Assembly (NCBI RefSeq): GCF_000195955.2
Contig: NC_000962.3
Span: 1,830,001 to 1,862,000, forward strand
From: Mycobacterium tuberculosis H37Rv
Lineage (GTDB): Bacteria; Actinomycetota; Actinomycetes; Mycobacteriales; Mycobacteriaceae
Direction: 5' to 3'
DNA length: 32,000 nucleotides
How positions within the stretch are numbered: position 1 is the first letter of the stretch; each line of letters opens with the position of its first letter. The position numbers and the translations under genes were made by a program. Below the pieces are notes generated by a model. The model saw nothing but the letters and a program-made list of their open reading frames with translations, ran no database searches and had not been told where the DNA came from. Below are positions 9,172 through 22,112 of the stretch, one piece after another.

Positions 9172-10583
9172 CCGAAACAGCGAGCGAGACCGGCAGCTGG
9201 CGTGAGCTACTGAGCAGGTATCTGGGCACCTCCATAGTGCTGGCCGGTGGCGTCGCGCTTTACGCCACCAACGAGTTTCTGACAATCAGCCTGCTGCCGA
9301 GCACAATCGCCGACATCGGGGGTAGCCGGCTGTACGCCTGGGTGACAACCCTGTATCTGGTCGGGTCGGTGGTGGCGGCGACCACCGTCAATACGATGTT
9401 GCTGCGCGTCGGGGCGCGCTCGTCGTATCTGATGGGGTTGGCCGTCTTCGGTCTGGCCAGCCTGGTATGTGCGGCGGCGCCGAGCATGCAGATTCTGGTG
9501 GCCGGGCGTACCTTGCAAGGAATAGCCGGTGGGCTGCTGGCCGGCCTAGGCTACGCGCTGATCAACTCGACCTTGCCCAAGTCGCTGTGGACCCGTGGCT
9601 CAGCACTGGTGTCGGCGATGTGGGGGGTCGCGACGCTGATCGGACCGGCGACCGGAGGCCTTTTCGCGCAGCTCGGGCTGTGGCGATGGGCGTTCGGCGT
9701 GATGACGTTGCTGACCGCGTTGATGGCCATGTTGGTGCCGGTCGCGCTCGGTGCCGGGGGGGTCGGCCCGGGCGGCGAGACGCCGGTGGGCAGCACACAC
9801 AAGGTGCCGGTGTGGTCGCTATTGCTGATGGGGGCCGCCGCACTGGCGATCAGCGTCGCCGCGCTTCCGAACTACCTCGTCCAGACGGCCGGGCTGCTAG
9901 CCGCCGCCGCGCTGCTGGTTGCGGTGTTTGTGGTAGTCGACTGGCGGATACACGCAGCGGTGTTGCCGCCCAGCGTATTTGGCTCCGGACCGTTGAAATG
10001 GATTTACCTGACCATGTCGGTGCAGATGATTGCGGCAATGGTCGATACCTACGTGCCGCTGTTCGGTCAGCGACTGGGACACCTGACCCCGGTGGCAGCC
10101 GGGTTCTTGGGTGCCGCGCTGGCGGTGGGCTGGACGGTCGGTGAGGTCGCCAGCGCCTCGTTGAACAGTGCACGAGTTATCGGGCATGTCGTGGCAGCCG
10201 CACCGCTGGTGATGGCGTCGGGGTTGGCGCTAGGCGCCGTCACCCAGCGCGCCGATGCGCCGGTGGGGATCATCGCGCTGTGGGCGCTGGCGCTGCTGAT
10301 CATCGGGACCGGCATCGGGATCGCCTGGCCGCATCTAACGGTGCGCGCTATGGATTCTGTCGCCGACCCGGCCGAGAGCAGCGCGGCGGCCGCGGCGATC
10401 AATGTCGTACAGCTGATCTCCGGTGCTTTCGGCGCCGGGCTGGCCGGTGTGGTGGTCAACACTGCCAAGGGCGGCGAAGTGGCGGCGGCTCGTGGGCTAT
10501 ACATGGCATTTACGGTGCTGGCCGCCGCTGGTGTCATCGCCTCCTACCAGGCCACGCACCGCGACCGGCGCTTACCGCGTTGA
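9168..10583 (+). CDS. MFS drug-efflux family transporter (Rv1634-like), 471 aa
   Basis: Multiple hydrophobic helices, MFS-type arrangement; GTGA 4-nt overlap with the uvrB stop. Confidence 0.88.
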
Positions 10584-12242
10584 CTTGACCACCTGCGAGT
10601 AGTGGAACTGCCAGCGCTCGACGATGCGGAAGCCGAGGTAGCTCGGGAACCGGTATACGGGCGTGCGCCCGAAGCCTGTTCCCGGTGACAACATTTCGCC
10701 GACCTGATGATCGGGCAACGACTTGTCACGATTGGCTATCGTCCACAGCGTGGGGCACTTGTCGATCTTGGCCGTCGTAAGCCACACAGCGACATGGCCA
10801 TCCCACAAAGTGCCGACCTTGGGGCCGTAGGTGCCGCGCTCGACGTCAATCAGCGACCGGAACGCCGCCGGCCGGGTGGCCAGCAGGGCGCGGATGGGCC
10901 CGGGTCGCCAACCCGCGGTGTTGTCCACCAGCAGGCAATCCCCGGGCTTGGCATGGGCGCTGATGACATCTGCCACCTGGCTGTAATCCCAGCCCTCTTT
11001 CGCGTACGGCCCCCGCTGTGTGAAGAAGTAGTTCGGAAACGCTGCGGCGGCAAGGAGAAACACGACCCCGGCGATGAGCCACGGCTTGCGGGCGATGGTG
11101 ACGACGCAAACCGCCAGGATGACGGCCGCGGCGGGGGCGGTGAGGATCAGGTAGCGCGGGTAGTAGATCGGTTCGACGGTCGCCGAGTAGATGAGGACGA
11201 CGGCGGTGGGCACGACGATCCAGGCTGCGCTGACGAGCACGAGCCGGTGGGTATCGCCACCGGGTCCACGAGCTCCGGCCAGATGCGCCGCGATGCCGGC
11301 AGCGACGATGAGGCCCGCGAGGATGGCGAACGGAACACTGTGATCGAAATACTGGCGGTGTATGACGTCGAGAATGATGTTTCTGTTCAACCCTGCGATC
11401 CACCCGACCTGCCAAACCTGGCCGTGGGCGAACAGTATGAACGGTGTCATGGCCCCGAGCGCGGCTGCCGTGACGACCGTCCACCAGATCACGGGAGATT
11501 TGCGTGATTTCCCGGACGCCAGCAGCGGCACCATCGTCGCATAGGCCGGTACCAACAGGGCCAGGTTGATACTGACCAAGATCGACAGCATCAAAACCAG
11601 CGCGTAGAGCAGCCACCGCCGCTGGGTGTTGCACCGCACCGCGGCCACGAGTAATACGGTCAGCCAGACGGCGGCTGCTACCGACAGCGCGGAGGAGCGT
11701 GCTTCGATTCCGGCCCACGTCACCCTGGGCAGAATCGCGAACACGGCTCCCGCACACACCGCCGTGGTGCGTCCCGAAAACTGTTTGGCAAAAACCACCA
11801 CGCCGGCGGCGGCCGCTCCAATGGCCAGGCAGCTGGGAAGCCGCGACCATAATTCGGTGGGCGGAAATATGGCGAACCAGCCATGCATCAACAGGTAGTA
11901 CAGGCCGTGCACGGCGTCGATATGGCCCAGCAGACTCCATAGCTCTGGCAATGTCCGGCTGGCTGAAGCCGAGATCGTTGCCCCCTCGTCGAACCACAAC
12001 GATGGCCTGCTTGCCCAGGCGCCGCTGATGACCGCGGCCAGCACTGCAATCGCCAGCGGGTCGAGCAGCCGGCCGCGCATCCGCGCCACCAACTCGTCGA
12101 CGTGTGCTGCCGCGGGCTGCTCCAGAGTGGAGGCGGACATGATGCGGGTCACCTTAGGGTCCGCGCGATGATCCTGGTCACCGGCGGTTCGGCGACTGGG
12201 CAGCCCGGCGTGCGGCGGTGCGCCGGGACGACTCGCATGCAT
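10572..12242 (-). CDS. GT-C superfamily polyprenyl-phosphate-dependent mannosyltransferase, 556 aa (Rv1635c-like; literature links it to ManLAM mannose capping, 'CapA')
   Basis: Polytopic membrane protein with early D/E-rich loop (WASRPSLWFDEGATISASASRTL) typical of GT-C/PMT enzymes; ATG at 12242 within track ORF from 12269. Confidence 0.88.
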   Translation of the reverse strand: MHASRPGAPPHAGLPSRRTAGDQDHRADPKVTRIMSASTLEQPAAAHVDELVARMRGRLLDPLAIAVLAAVISGAWASRPSLWFDEGATISASASRTLPELWSLLGHIDAVHGLYYLLMHGWFAIFPPTELWSRLPSCLAIGAAAAGVVVFAKQFSGRTTAVCAGAVFAILPRVTWAGIEARSSALSVAAAVWLTVLLVAAVRCNTQRRWLLYALVLMLSILVSINLALLVPAYATMVPLLASGKSRKSPVIWWTVVTAAALGAMTPFILFAHGQVWQVGWIAGLNRNIILDVIHRQYFDHSVPFAILAGLIVAAGIAAHLAGARGPGGDTHRLVLVSAAWIVVPTAVVLIYSATVEPIYYPRYLILTAPAAAVILAVCVVTIARKPWLIAGVVFLLAAAAFPNYFFTQRGPYAKEGWDYSQVADVISAHAKPGDCLLVDNTAGWRPGPIRALLATRPAAFRSLIDVERGTYGPKVGTLWDGHVAVWLTTAKIDKCPTLWTIANRDKSLPDHQVGEMLSPGTGFGRTPVYRFPSYLGFRIVERWQFHYSQVVKSTR

Positions 12243-12450
12243 TTCCCAAAAAGCCTTGCACAGCAACATTTTCCGCGATCAGCGTGCGTATTGAATCGTC
12301 GTGTCATCGCCACCATTGTCGGCTGGTTCACCGCGATCGGGCAAATGAGGGTTGCGCCACGCCGTTGCGGTGTGATTAATCTGACCTATCTATATCCGGC
12401 AACGCGATACTGTCTGGGGTTGGCGTAGCAACCGACACCTGGGAGGGTAA

Positions 12451-12891
12451 ATGAGCGCCTATAAGACCGTGGTGGTAGGAACCGACGGTTCGGACTCGTC
12501 GATGCGAGCGGTAGATCGCGCTGCCCAGATCGCCGGCGCAGACGCCAAGTTGATCATCGCCTCGGCATACCTACCTCAGCACGAGGACGCTCGCGCCGCC
12601 GACATTCTGAAGGACGAAAGCTACAAGGTGACGGGCACCGCCCCGATCTACGAGATCTTGCACGACGCCAAGGAACGAGCGCACAACGCCGGTGCGAAAA
12701 ACGTCGAGGAACGGCCGATCGTCGGCGCCCCGGTCGACGCGTTGGTGAACCTGGCCGATGAGGAGAAGGCGGACCTGCTGGTCGTCGGCAATGTCGGTCT
12801 GAGCACGATCGCGGGTCGGCTGCTCGGATCGGTACCGGCCAATGTGTCACGCCGGGCCAAGGTCGACGTGCTGATCGTGCACACCACCTAG
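12451..12891 (+). CDS. Universal stress protein, 146 aa (Rv1636/TB15.3-like)
   Basis: VVVGTDGSDSSMRAVDRAAQIA ... LLVVGNVGLSTIAGRLLGSVPANVSRRAKVDVLIVHTT (USP nucleotide-binding G-2x-G-9x-G(S/T)-like motif). Confidence 0.95.
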   Translation: MSAYKTVVVGTDGSDSSMRAVDRAAQIAGADAKLIIASAYLPQHEDARAADILKDESYKVTGTAPIYEILHDAKERAHNAGAKNVEERPIVGAPVDALVNLADEEKADLLVVGNVGLSTIAGRLLGSVPANVSRRAKVDVLIVHTT

Positions 12892-12897
12892 CGGCCG

Positions 12898-13692
12898 TTA
12901 CCAGCCGCGCGCACGCCATTCGCTGAGGCTGGGGCGTTCGGCACCCAGCTCCGTGTCGTCACCGTGGCCGGGGTAGATGACGGTGGAGTCGGCGTACACG
13001 TCGAAAACCCGGGTGGTGACGTCGTCGAGCAGTTGGGTGAAGTCGGCAGGTTGCCAGGTTTTGCCGACACCGCCGGGGAACAAGCAGTCGCCGGTGAAGA
13101 GCTGTGTGACGCCTCCGGTCACCGGCCCGCCGAGGGCCAGCGCGATCGATCCGGGTGTGTGTCCGCGCAAGTGGATGACGTCGAATGTCAGCTCGCCGAT
13201 GCGCACGCTGTCGCCGTGGGTGAGCAACCGGTCCGGTTTGACCGGCAGCGGGTCGGCGTCGATCGGATGGGCCGCGGTCGGCGCCCCGGTGGCCGCGGCC
13301 ACCGCTTGCAGCGCCTGCCAGTGGTCGAAGTGCTGGTGACTGGTAACGATCAGGGCCAGCTTCGGCGCGTACCGCCGGACCAGGTCGATGAGGACCTCCG
13401 CGTCATTGGCGGCGTCGATCAGCAGGGTTTCTCCGGTCGCTGAACACGTCACCAGGTAGGCGTTGTTGTCCATCGGGCCCACCGATGCCTTGAGGATCGT
13501 GGCGCCGGGCAGGAAGCGACGCGCCGCCTTGCCGCGTTCGACGTGTCCGGTGTAGTTGTCGTCGACTGTTGTCATATGCGCCACTGCTCCTATGCCGGCT
13601 GCGCCGGCATCATCGTCGTTGGCGCGGGTCATATGCGCCGACGTTACGACGTTACCGGTCCCCTGATGGTTGTCGGTACGGGCACATAGCAT
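12898..13692 (-). CDS. Metallo-beta-lactamase-fold hydrolase, glyoxalase II-like (Rv1637c-like); true start probably 13632 or 13575 rather than 13692
   Basis: [10 protein letters not shown] (HxHxDH-type motif), [29 protein letters not shown]. Confidence 0.9.
   Translation of the reverse strand: MLCARTDNHQGTGNVVTSAHMTRANDDDAGAAGIGAVAHMTTVDDNYTGHVERGKAARRFLPGATILKASVGPMDNNAYLVTCSATGETLLIDAANDAEVLIDLVRRYAPKLALIVTSHQHFDHWQALQAVAAATGAPTAAHPIDADPLPVKPDRLLTHGDSVRIGELTFDVIHLRGHTPGSIALALGGPVTGGVTQLFTGDCLFPGGVGKTWQPADFTQLLDDVTTRVFDVYADSTVIYPGHGDDTELGAERPSLSEWRARGW
13670..13692 (+). promoter_or_regulatory. Candidate PafBC-dependent (RecA-independent DNA damage) promoter of uvrA: TTGTCGGTA-N8-TAGCAT
   Basis: Near-perfect match to tTGTCRgtg-N8-TAnnnT, about 50 nt upstream of the uvrA GTG at 13741. 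Confidence 0.75.
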
Positions 13693-13740
13693 GGGATACG
13701 GCCTTTGGCCGGCGAGATGAGTTTCAGTGAAAGGGACAGC

Positions 13741-16659
<2,919 letters not shown>

Positions 16660-16715
16660 GCTGGACTATCGCCGCGCGTCAAGTCTGTGCTCACGGCGGC
16701 GAACTGGGTGCGGTC

Positions 16716-16973
16716 TCACTCATCGGTGTGCATCGACTCACGGATCTGAGCTAGCCGTTCGGCTGCCGCGCGCTGCCGCTGCGCGTACTGATCTTCGAGC
16801 CGGCGGCCTTGCGGGCTCTCGGCGTCGAGTTCGGTTGCCCCCAGGGCCGTTCCGTATCGGGTTTCGATCTTCTCGCGGACGGATTCGAAGGTCGGTACCC
16901 CAGCGCTGTCGTACCGCGGATCGGACTCGGAATTCGGCGTCGTGGCTTCCGGTGGTGTCGGTTCGTCGGGCAT
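16716..16973 (-). CDS. Small conserved hypothetical protein, 85 aa (Rv1638A-like)
   Basis: ORF with natural charged composition (MPDEPTPPEATTPNSESDPRYDSAGVPTFESVREKIETRYG...), located in gap between uvrA and next gene. Confidence 0.6.
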   Translation of the reverse strand: MPDEPTPPEATTPNSESDPRYDSAGVPTFESVREKIETRYGTALGATELDAESPQGRRLEDQYAQRQRAAAERLAQIRESMHTDE

Positions 16974-16988
16974 GCTCTGGCAATGCTC

Positions 16989-18458
16989 CTATCTGCCGGT
17001 ACCGGCGATCTGCTGTGTCGTACCCGGCAACGGGATCTTAGGCACTCCCGGAGTGGCCAGTTGGCCGGCCAGCCATGGCAGCGCCGCAGCGAAAACCCGG
17101 TCGGCGAAAGGCCAGTCGTGCTTGCCCGGTTGTGGAACCACGGCGCAGTAGATGCCGTTGGCGCGGCCGAGGGCGCACAGTGCATTGGCGGCAGCGGCCT
17201 GGTTGCCTGGGTTGGCGGCGGCATCGCGACCGGCCAGCCGCATCGTGGTGGTATCGGCGACAGCGTTGTCGGGCGAGGGTGGACCCGGCGAAGAGATCGC
17301 GAACCAACCCGACAGTCCGGTGTAGCTGCCATGCCGGGTGATCACCGTCGTCGGGTCAAACGCCGACCAGGCGTCTTCGTTGCCGCCGAACAACCTGACG
17401 ATGGTTTGCGTCTTGTTGCCAGCGTTCGGGTAGAAATCACCGGCGATGTCGACAAACGCGCTAAACAGTGTCGGGTGCATGACGGTCAGATCCACCGCGC
17501 AGGTCCCACCCATCGACCAACCCACGATGCCCCAGCTGGTCTGTTCGGGACTGACGCCGAATTTCGAGACCATGTAGGGCACAACATCTTTAGTCAAGTG
17601 GTCGGCCGCGTTGCCACGCCGTCCATTGACGCATTCGGTGTCGTTGTTGAACGCGCCGCCGGAATCCACGAATACCACGACGGGAGCATTGCCGCTGTGG
17701 GCGGCCGCAAAGTCGTCGAGCGTCTTCACCGCGTTACCGGCTCGCGCCCAATCGGCGGGTGTGTTGAATTGACCGCCGATCATCATCACCGTCGGCAGCT
17801 GCGGCGGCGGAGGGTTCTCGGAACGATGCTCTCGGTCGAACCAGGCCGGCGGCAGGTACACCAGTTCGCCGCGATGCTTGAAGTGTGATGCGTCGGAAGG
17901 GATCACCACTGGCAACAACGTGCCGTGCGACGGCCGCACCCCACTGTGCGCCAGTGCGGCAACAGCGGCCTGATCGGCCTGGTCGGGCAACGGGCCGGAG
18001 GTGAGCTGGTTCCACGCGGTCTGCACGGTCGGGAAGTAGCCAACCCACAGGTTGAGCGTCAAGGTCGCGCTGAGCAGACAGAGGGGCACGGCCAGCAGCG
18101 ACGCGCCGCGGCGCCACCACCGCGCGCTGCGCCAGCCCAGGATCAACACCGTCGCCGCCGCGCCGGTCAACGCGACCCAGATCCACAGCGTGCTCGGCGG
18201 CCGTTCGTTGGCCAGGCCGTTGCCGGTGACATACCAGCGCGTCCCCCATGCCAGGGTGGCCCCGATAGCGGCGGCCGTCGGCAGCCACCGCCGTTGCCAG
18301 TGACGTGATCGCCACCCTGCCGCCAGCACCAGCACGACCGCGGTCACGACCTGGACAGCGAGCGGCACCCAACCGTGCATCAGCGATGTGTGGCCTACTG
18401 CTAACGGCTGCGTCGCGGCTGGCGGCGTCGACGCGGTCACCAGTTCATTCTGAGCCAT
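16989..18458 (-). CDS. Membrane-anchored putative esterase, alpha/beta hydrolase (antigen-85/esterase-D-like domain), 489 aa (Rv1639c-like)
   Basis: N-terminal TM helices, then GIVGWSMGGTCAVDL nucleophile-elbow (GxSxG) and DFYPNAG...HDWPFADRVF region. Confidence 0.85.
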   Translation of the reverse strand: MAQNELVTASTPPAATQPLAVGHTSLMHGWVPLAVQVVTAVVLVLAAGWRSRHWQRRWLPTAAAIGATLAWGTRWYVTGNGLANERPPSTLWIWVALTGAAATVLILGWRSARWWRRGASLLAVPLCLLSATLTLNLWVGYFPTVQTAWNQLTSGPLPDQADQAAVAALAHSGVRPSHGTLLPVVIPSDASHFKHRGELVYLPPAWFDREHRSENPPPPQLPTVMMIGGQFNTPADWARAGNAVKTLDDFAAAHSGNAPVVVFVDSGGAFNNDTECVNGRRGNAADHLTKDVVPYMVSKFGVSPEQTSWGIVGWSMGGTCAVDLTVMHPTLFSAFVDIAGDFYPNAGNKTQTIVRLFGGNEDAWSAFDPTTVITRHGSYTGLSGWFAISSPGPPSPDNAVADTTTMRLAGRDAAANPGNQAAAANALCALGRANGIYCAVVPQPGKHDWPFADRVFAAALPWLAGQLATPGVPKIPLPGTTQQIAGTGR

Positions 18459-18516
18459 TTCGGGCGGTGATTTGTTGGGGGTTTCCTGTGATCCGACGGA
18501 CGCCCACCGGCTCCGG

Positions 18517-21500
18517 CTAATGCGGTTTTGCCAACGGAAAGGGCAGTGTTTCGCGAATGCTGCGCCCAGTGATCAGCATGACCACCCGGTCAATGCCCAT
18601 GCCCAAGCCGCCGGTGGGCGGCATGGCGTACTCCATCGCTTGCAGGAAGTCTTCGTCGAGTTCCATCGCCTCGGGGTCTCCGCCGGCGGCCAGCAGGGAC
18701 TGCTCCTGCAGGCGGCGCCGTTGCTCCACCGGGTCGGTCAGCTCGCTGTAGGCGGTGCCCAGCTCGATACCCCACGCCACCAGGTCCCAACGCTCGGCGA
18801 CACCGCGCTTGCTGCGATGCGGTCGGGTCAACGGTGACACCGATGTCGGAAAGTCGATGTAGAACGTCGGTTGCTCGGTGCGGCACTCCACCAGGTGCTC
18901 GTATAGCTCGAGCACGACCGCGCCGGCATCCCATTGGGTCCGATAGGGGACACCGGCGGCGTCGCACAGCTTGCGGAGAGTGGTCAAGCCGGTATCGGCG
19001 TCGATGCGTTCACCGAGTGCTTCCGAGATCGCATCATGCACCGTCCGCACCGGCCATATCCCGGAGATGTCGACCGGTTCGAGGTGGTGGCGGGTGCCGT
19101 CGGAACCCTTGTCCGTCCGGGGCCGCATGGCGATGGGCGCCCCGTTGGCGGCCTGGGCGGCGTTCTGGATGAGTTCGCGGCAGCCGTCAATCCACTCAAG
19201 GTAGTCGGCGTGTGCTTGATAGGCCTCCAGTAGGGTGAACTCCGGGTTGTGGCTGAAGTCGACGCCCTCGTTGCGAAAGGCACGGCCGAGCTCGAATACC
19301 CGTTCCACGCCGCCGACGCACAGGCGCTTGAGGTAGAGCTCTGGTGCGATGCGCAGGAACAGATCCATGGAATACGTGTTGATGTGCGTGACGAACGGTC
19401 GGGCGGTGGCGCCGCCGTGCAGCTGCTGTAGGATCGGCGTTTCGACCTCGACGAATCCCTTTGCGAACAGCGTCTCGCGCACAGCGCGCAGCACGCTGCT
19501 GCGAGCGGTGATCAGCGCACGGGACTCAGCGTTGACCGCCAGGTCGAGGTAACGGGTCCGGACTCGGGCTTCGGGATCCAGTAGCCCCTTCCACTTATTC
19601 GGCAACGGTCGCAAACACTTACCGATCAGGCGCCAGCCGCTGACGATCAACGATGGAGTTCCGGTCTTGCTGGCGCCCATGTGTCCGGTCATCTCCACCA
19701 GATCACCCAGATCGGTCGCCGCGTTGAAGTCGGCCGCGCAGCCCTGGTCCAGGCGTGAATTATCCAGCAGCACTTGCATTTCGCCCGACCAGTCGCGCAG
19801 CTGGGCGAACAACACACCACCGTAGTTACGTATTCGCATGATGCGTCCGGACACCGACACGCTAGCCTGGTGGTCTGCGGCCAGCGCCTGTGCCACCGTG
19901 TGACTGGGCGGCCGGCCCACGGGAAAGGCGTCAATGCCGCTGCTCCGCAGCTTCTCTAGCTTGTCGAACCGAACTCGCACCTGCTCGGGTAGCCGCCGCT
20001 CGACCCCGTCGCCATTGGTGAGGCCTACTTGCCGCAGCCCGCTCACGTCCGGTGCCGAGCCGTCGTGATGCAATAGGCCGGTGGCCGCCAACCGCTCGGG
20101 CACTGCCGGATGATGCCCCGTGTGTACTCGGTTGCGCCGGCTGAACGGCAGCACGAGGAACCCCTCTGCGATCACCGAGGCGACGCCCACTCGGGGAATC
20201 ACTCGGGCGTCTTCGTAGCAGGCGTAGCGCGGTACCCATTCGGGTTGGTACTTCATGTTGGAGCGGTAGAGCGTCTCGAGCTGCCACCACCGTGAGAAGA
20301 AGACCAGCAGCCCCCGCCACAACCGGGCAACCGGGCCGGCGCCGAGTTGGGCGCCCTGCTCGAAGGCCGCGCGAAACACCGCGAAGTTCAACGAAATACG
20401 AGTGATACCAAGGCTTTCAGCGTGCAAGGCGAGTTCGCTGACCATAAGTTCGATAGTGCCGTTCGGGGATTGTGGAGAACGACGCATCAAATCCAGGGAG
20501 ACACCGGTGGTTCCCCACGGCACCAGCGACAGCATTGCCAGCACCTGGTTGTGCGGATCAATCGCCTCCACCAGCAGGCAGTCGGAGTCCGCGGGGTCGC
20601 CGAGGCGGCCCAGCGCCATCGAGAAGCCGCGCTCGGTCTCGGTGTCGCGCCAGGAATCCGCCCGTGTGATGGTCTGCGCCATCTCGTCTTCGGCAATGTC
20701 GCGATGCCGCCGGATGCGCACCGTCAACCCCGCCCGCCGGGCCCGCGTCACGGCCTGGCGCACCCCGCGCATCTCCGGGCCGGACAACTTGAAATCGGCT
20801 GGCCGCAGGATGGCCTCATCGCCCAGCTCGAGCGCGGTTAGGCCCGCTTCGCGATATGTCTGAGCCCCTTGTGAACTGGCGCCCATCACGCCGGGTGCCC
20901 AGCCGTAGGTCTGGCACAGCCGCAGCCACGCGTCGACGGCCTGCGGCCATGCTCTGTGGTCGCCTACCGGGTCGCCGCTGGCTAGGCAGACACCGACCTC
21001 GACACGGTAGGTGATACAGGCGCGGCCGCTGGATGCGAATACCACCGACTTGTCGCGACGGGTGGCGAAGTAGCCCAGTGAGTCGTCCTTCCCATACAAA
21101 TCCAATAACCCGCGGATAGCGGATTCGTCCTCTCCGGTCAGCGCATTGTCAGCGCGCTGAGATAGGAACAAGACGATCGCAGCCCCGATCAACGCGAACG
21201 CGCCGAACAACCCGAAGATCGCGTTGAGGAAGACGTGCGGTCTGCCGGTGAACAGATCGGGATCGGCGAGGGCGAATCCGACCACCCGGTTGGCCGCGTA
21301 ACCCAACCGCTCGTCCGGCGCTAGTGATCCCGGAAACAGTTCGACCAGACCCCAAGACGCCACGATTCCGACCACCGCGCCGGCAAGCCACACCGCAGCC
21401 GCCCGAAACAGCGCGCCCCTGCGGACCTTGGCCCAGAACTCCCGATAGCCCAGCACCAGAACGACGATTGCCACAACATGCACGGCGAATCCGAGATTCT

Positions 21501-22035
21501 CCCCGAAGCTCTCGGCGGCGGTGTTGCCGCCCGCTGCGATCTCGGCGGCGTTGACCACGGCGGCCAGGACCATATTTGCCAGCAAGACCAACCAGGCAAT
21601 GCGTTTGCGTGCCGTTAACGCGGCGGCCAGCAATGCCAGCACGAAGGACCACGCGAAGTTGGTGTCGGGGAAGTTGAACAGATAATCGTTGATGAATTCG
21701 CGCGGAACCTTGATGATCCACCGAATCAACGGCGACACACTGGCCAGTAGTGACAGGGTCGCGATCACGCCGACGGTCCAGCCGGCTGCCGCGGGAACCC
21801 AGTGATACCGGGAGTTTCCCCTGGTGGCCGAGCGAGGTTTGGTGAGTGTCACAGACCGCGAGGATATTCCCAAAAGCCGGGAAATGCCCGGCGTTGCAGC
21901 CCTTTGTAGCCCCGCATCGGTGTGCTGAGGGCACCGGCTGATGTCGGCCGTTGTCTTAGATGACGTGTCATGGCTGTTAGACTGGACGCCGCGACCATCC
22001 CGGCGAAGGCCAGGGACAGTTAAGTGGAGTCCCAC
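18517..22035 (-). CDS. lysX: LysX: bifunctional MprF-like phosphatidylglycerol lysyltransferase domain fused to class II lysyl-tRNA synthetase, 1172 aa
   Basis: N-terminal TM region, DUF2156-type domain ([27 protein letters not shown]), then OB-fold ([32 protein letters not shown]) and LysRS catalytic motifs ([37 protein letters not shown]). Start GTG at 22035. Confidence 0.95.
21978..21983 (+). promoter_or_regulatory. Candidate -10 (TAGACT) for the infC-rpmI-rplT operon; would give a leader of about 280 nt
   Basis: TANNNT motif in the lysX/infC divergent region; no convincing -35. Confidence 0.3.
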
Positions 22036-22091
22036 TCCCACCGCTAGCCACGAGATCGTTTCACACCTTCTCAAGGTTCAGCGGTCCGGTC

Positions 22092-22112
22092 ACAGGCATC
22101 TCGGATGCCTGT
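22092..22112 (+). promoter_or_regulatory. Leader hairpin ACAGGCAT-CTCGG-ATGCCTGT (perfect 8-bp stem)
   Basis: Direct inverted repeat in infC 5' leader. Confidence 0.7.

Noticed and set aside
12371-12387. GTGTGATTAATCTGACC upstream of the universal stress gene as a CRP/cAMP receptor site
   Set aside because: Only one half-site matches; the second half is not TCACA/CAC at the correct spacing.
17734-18372. 212-aa and other alternate-frame ORFs inside the esterase and LysX genes
   Set aside because: Overlap confidently assigned genes; arginine/proline/alanine-rich composition typical of spurious frames.
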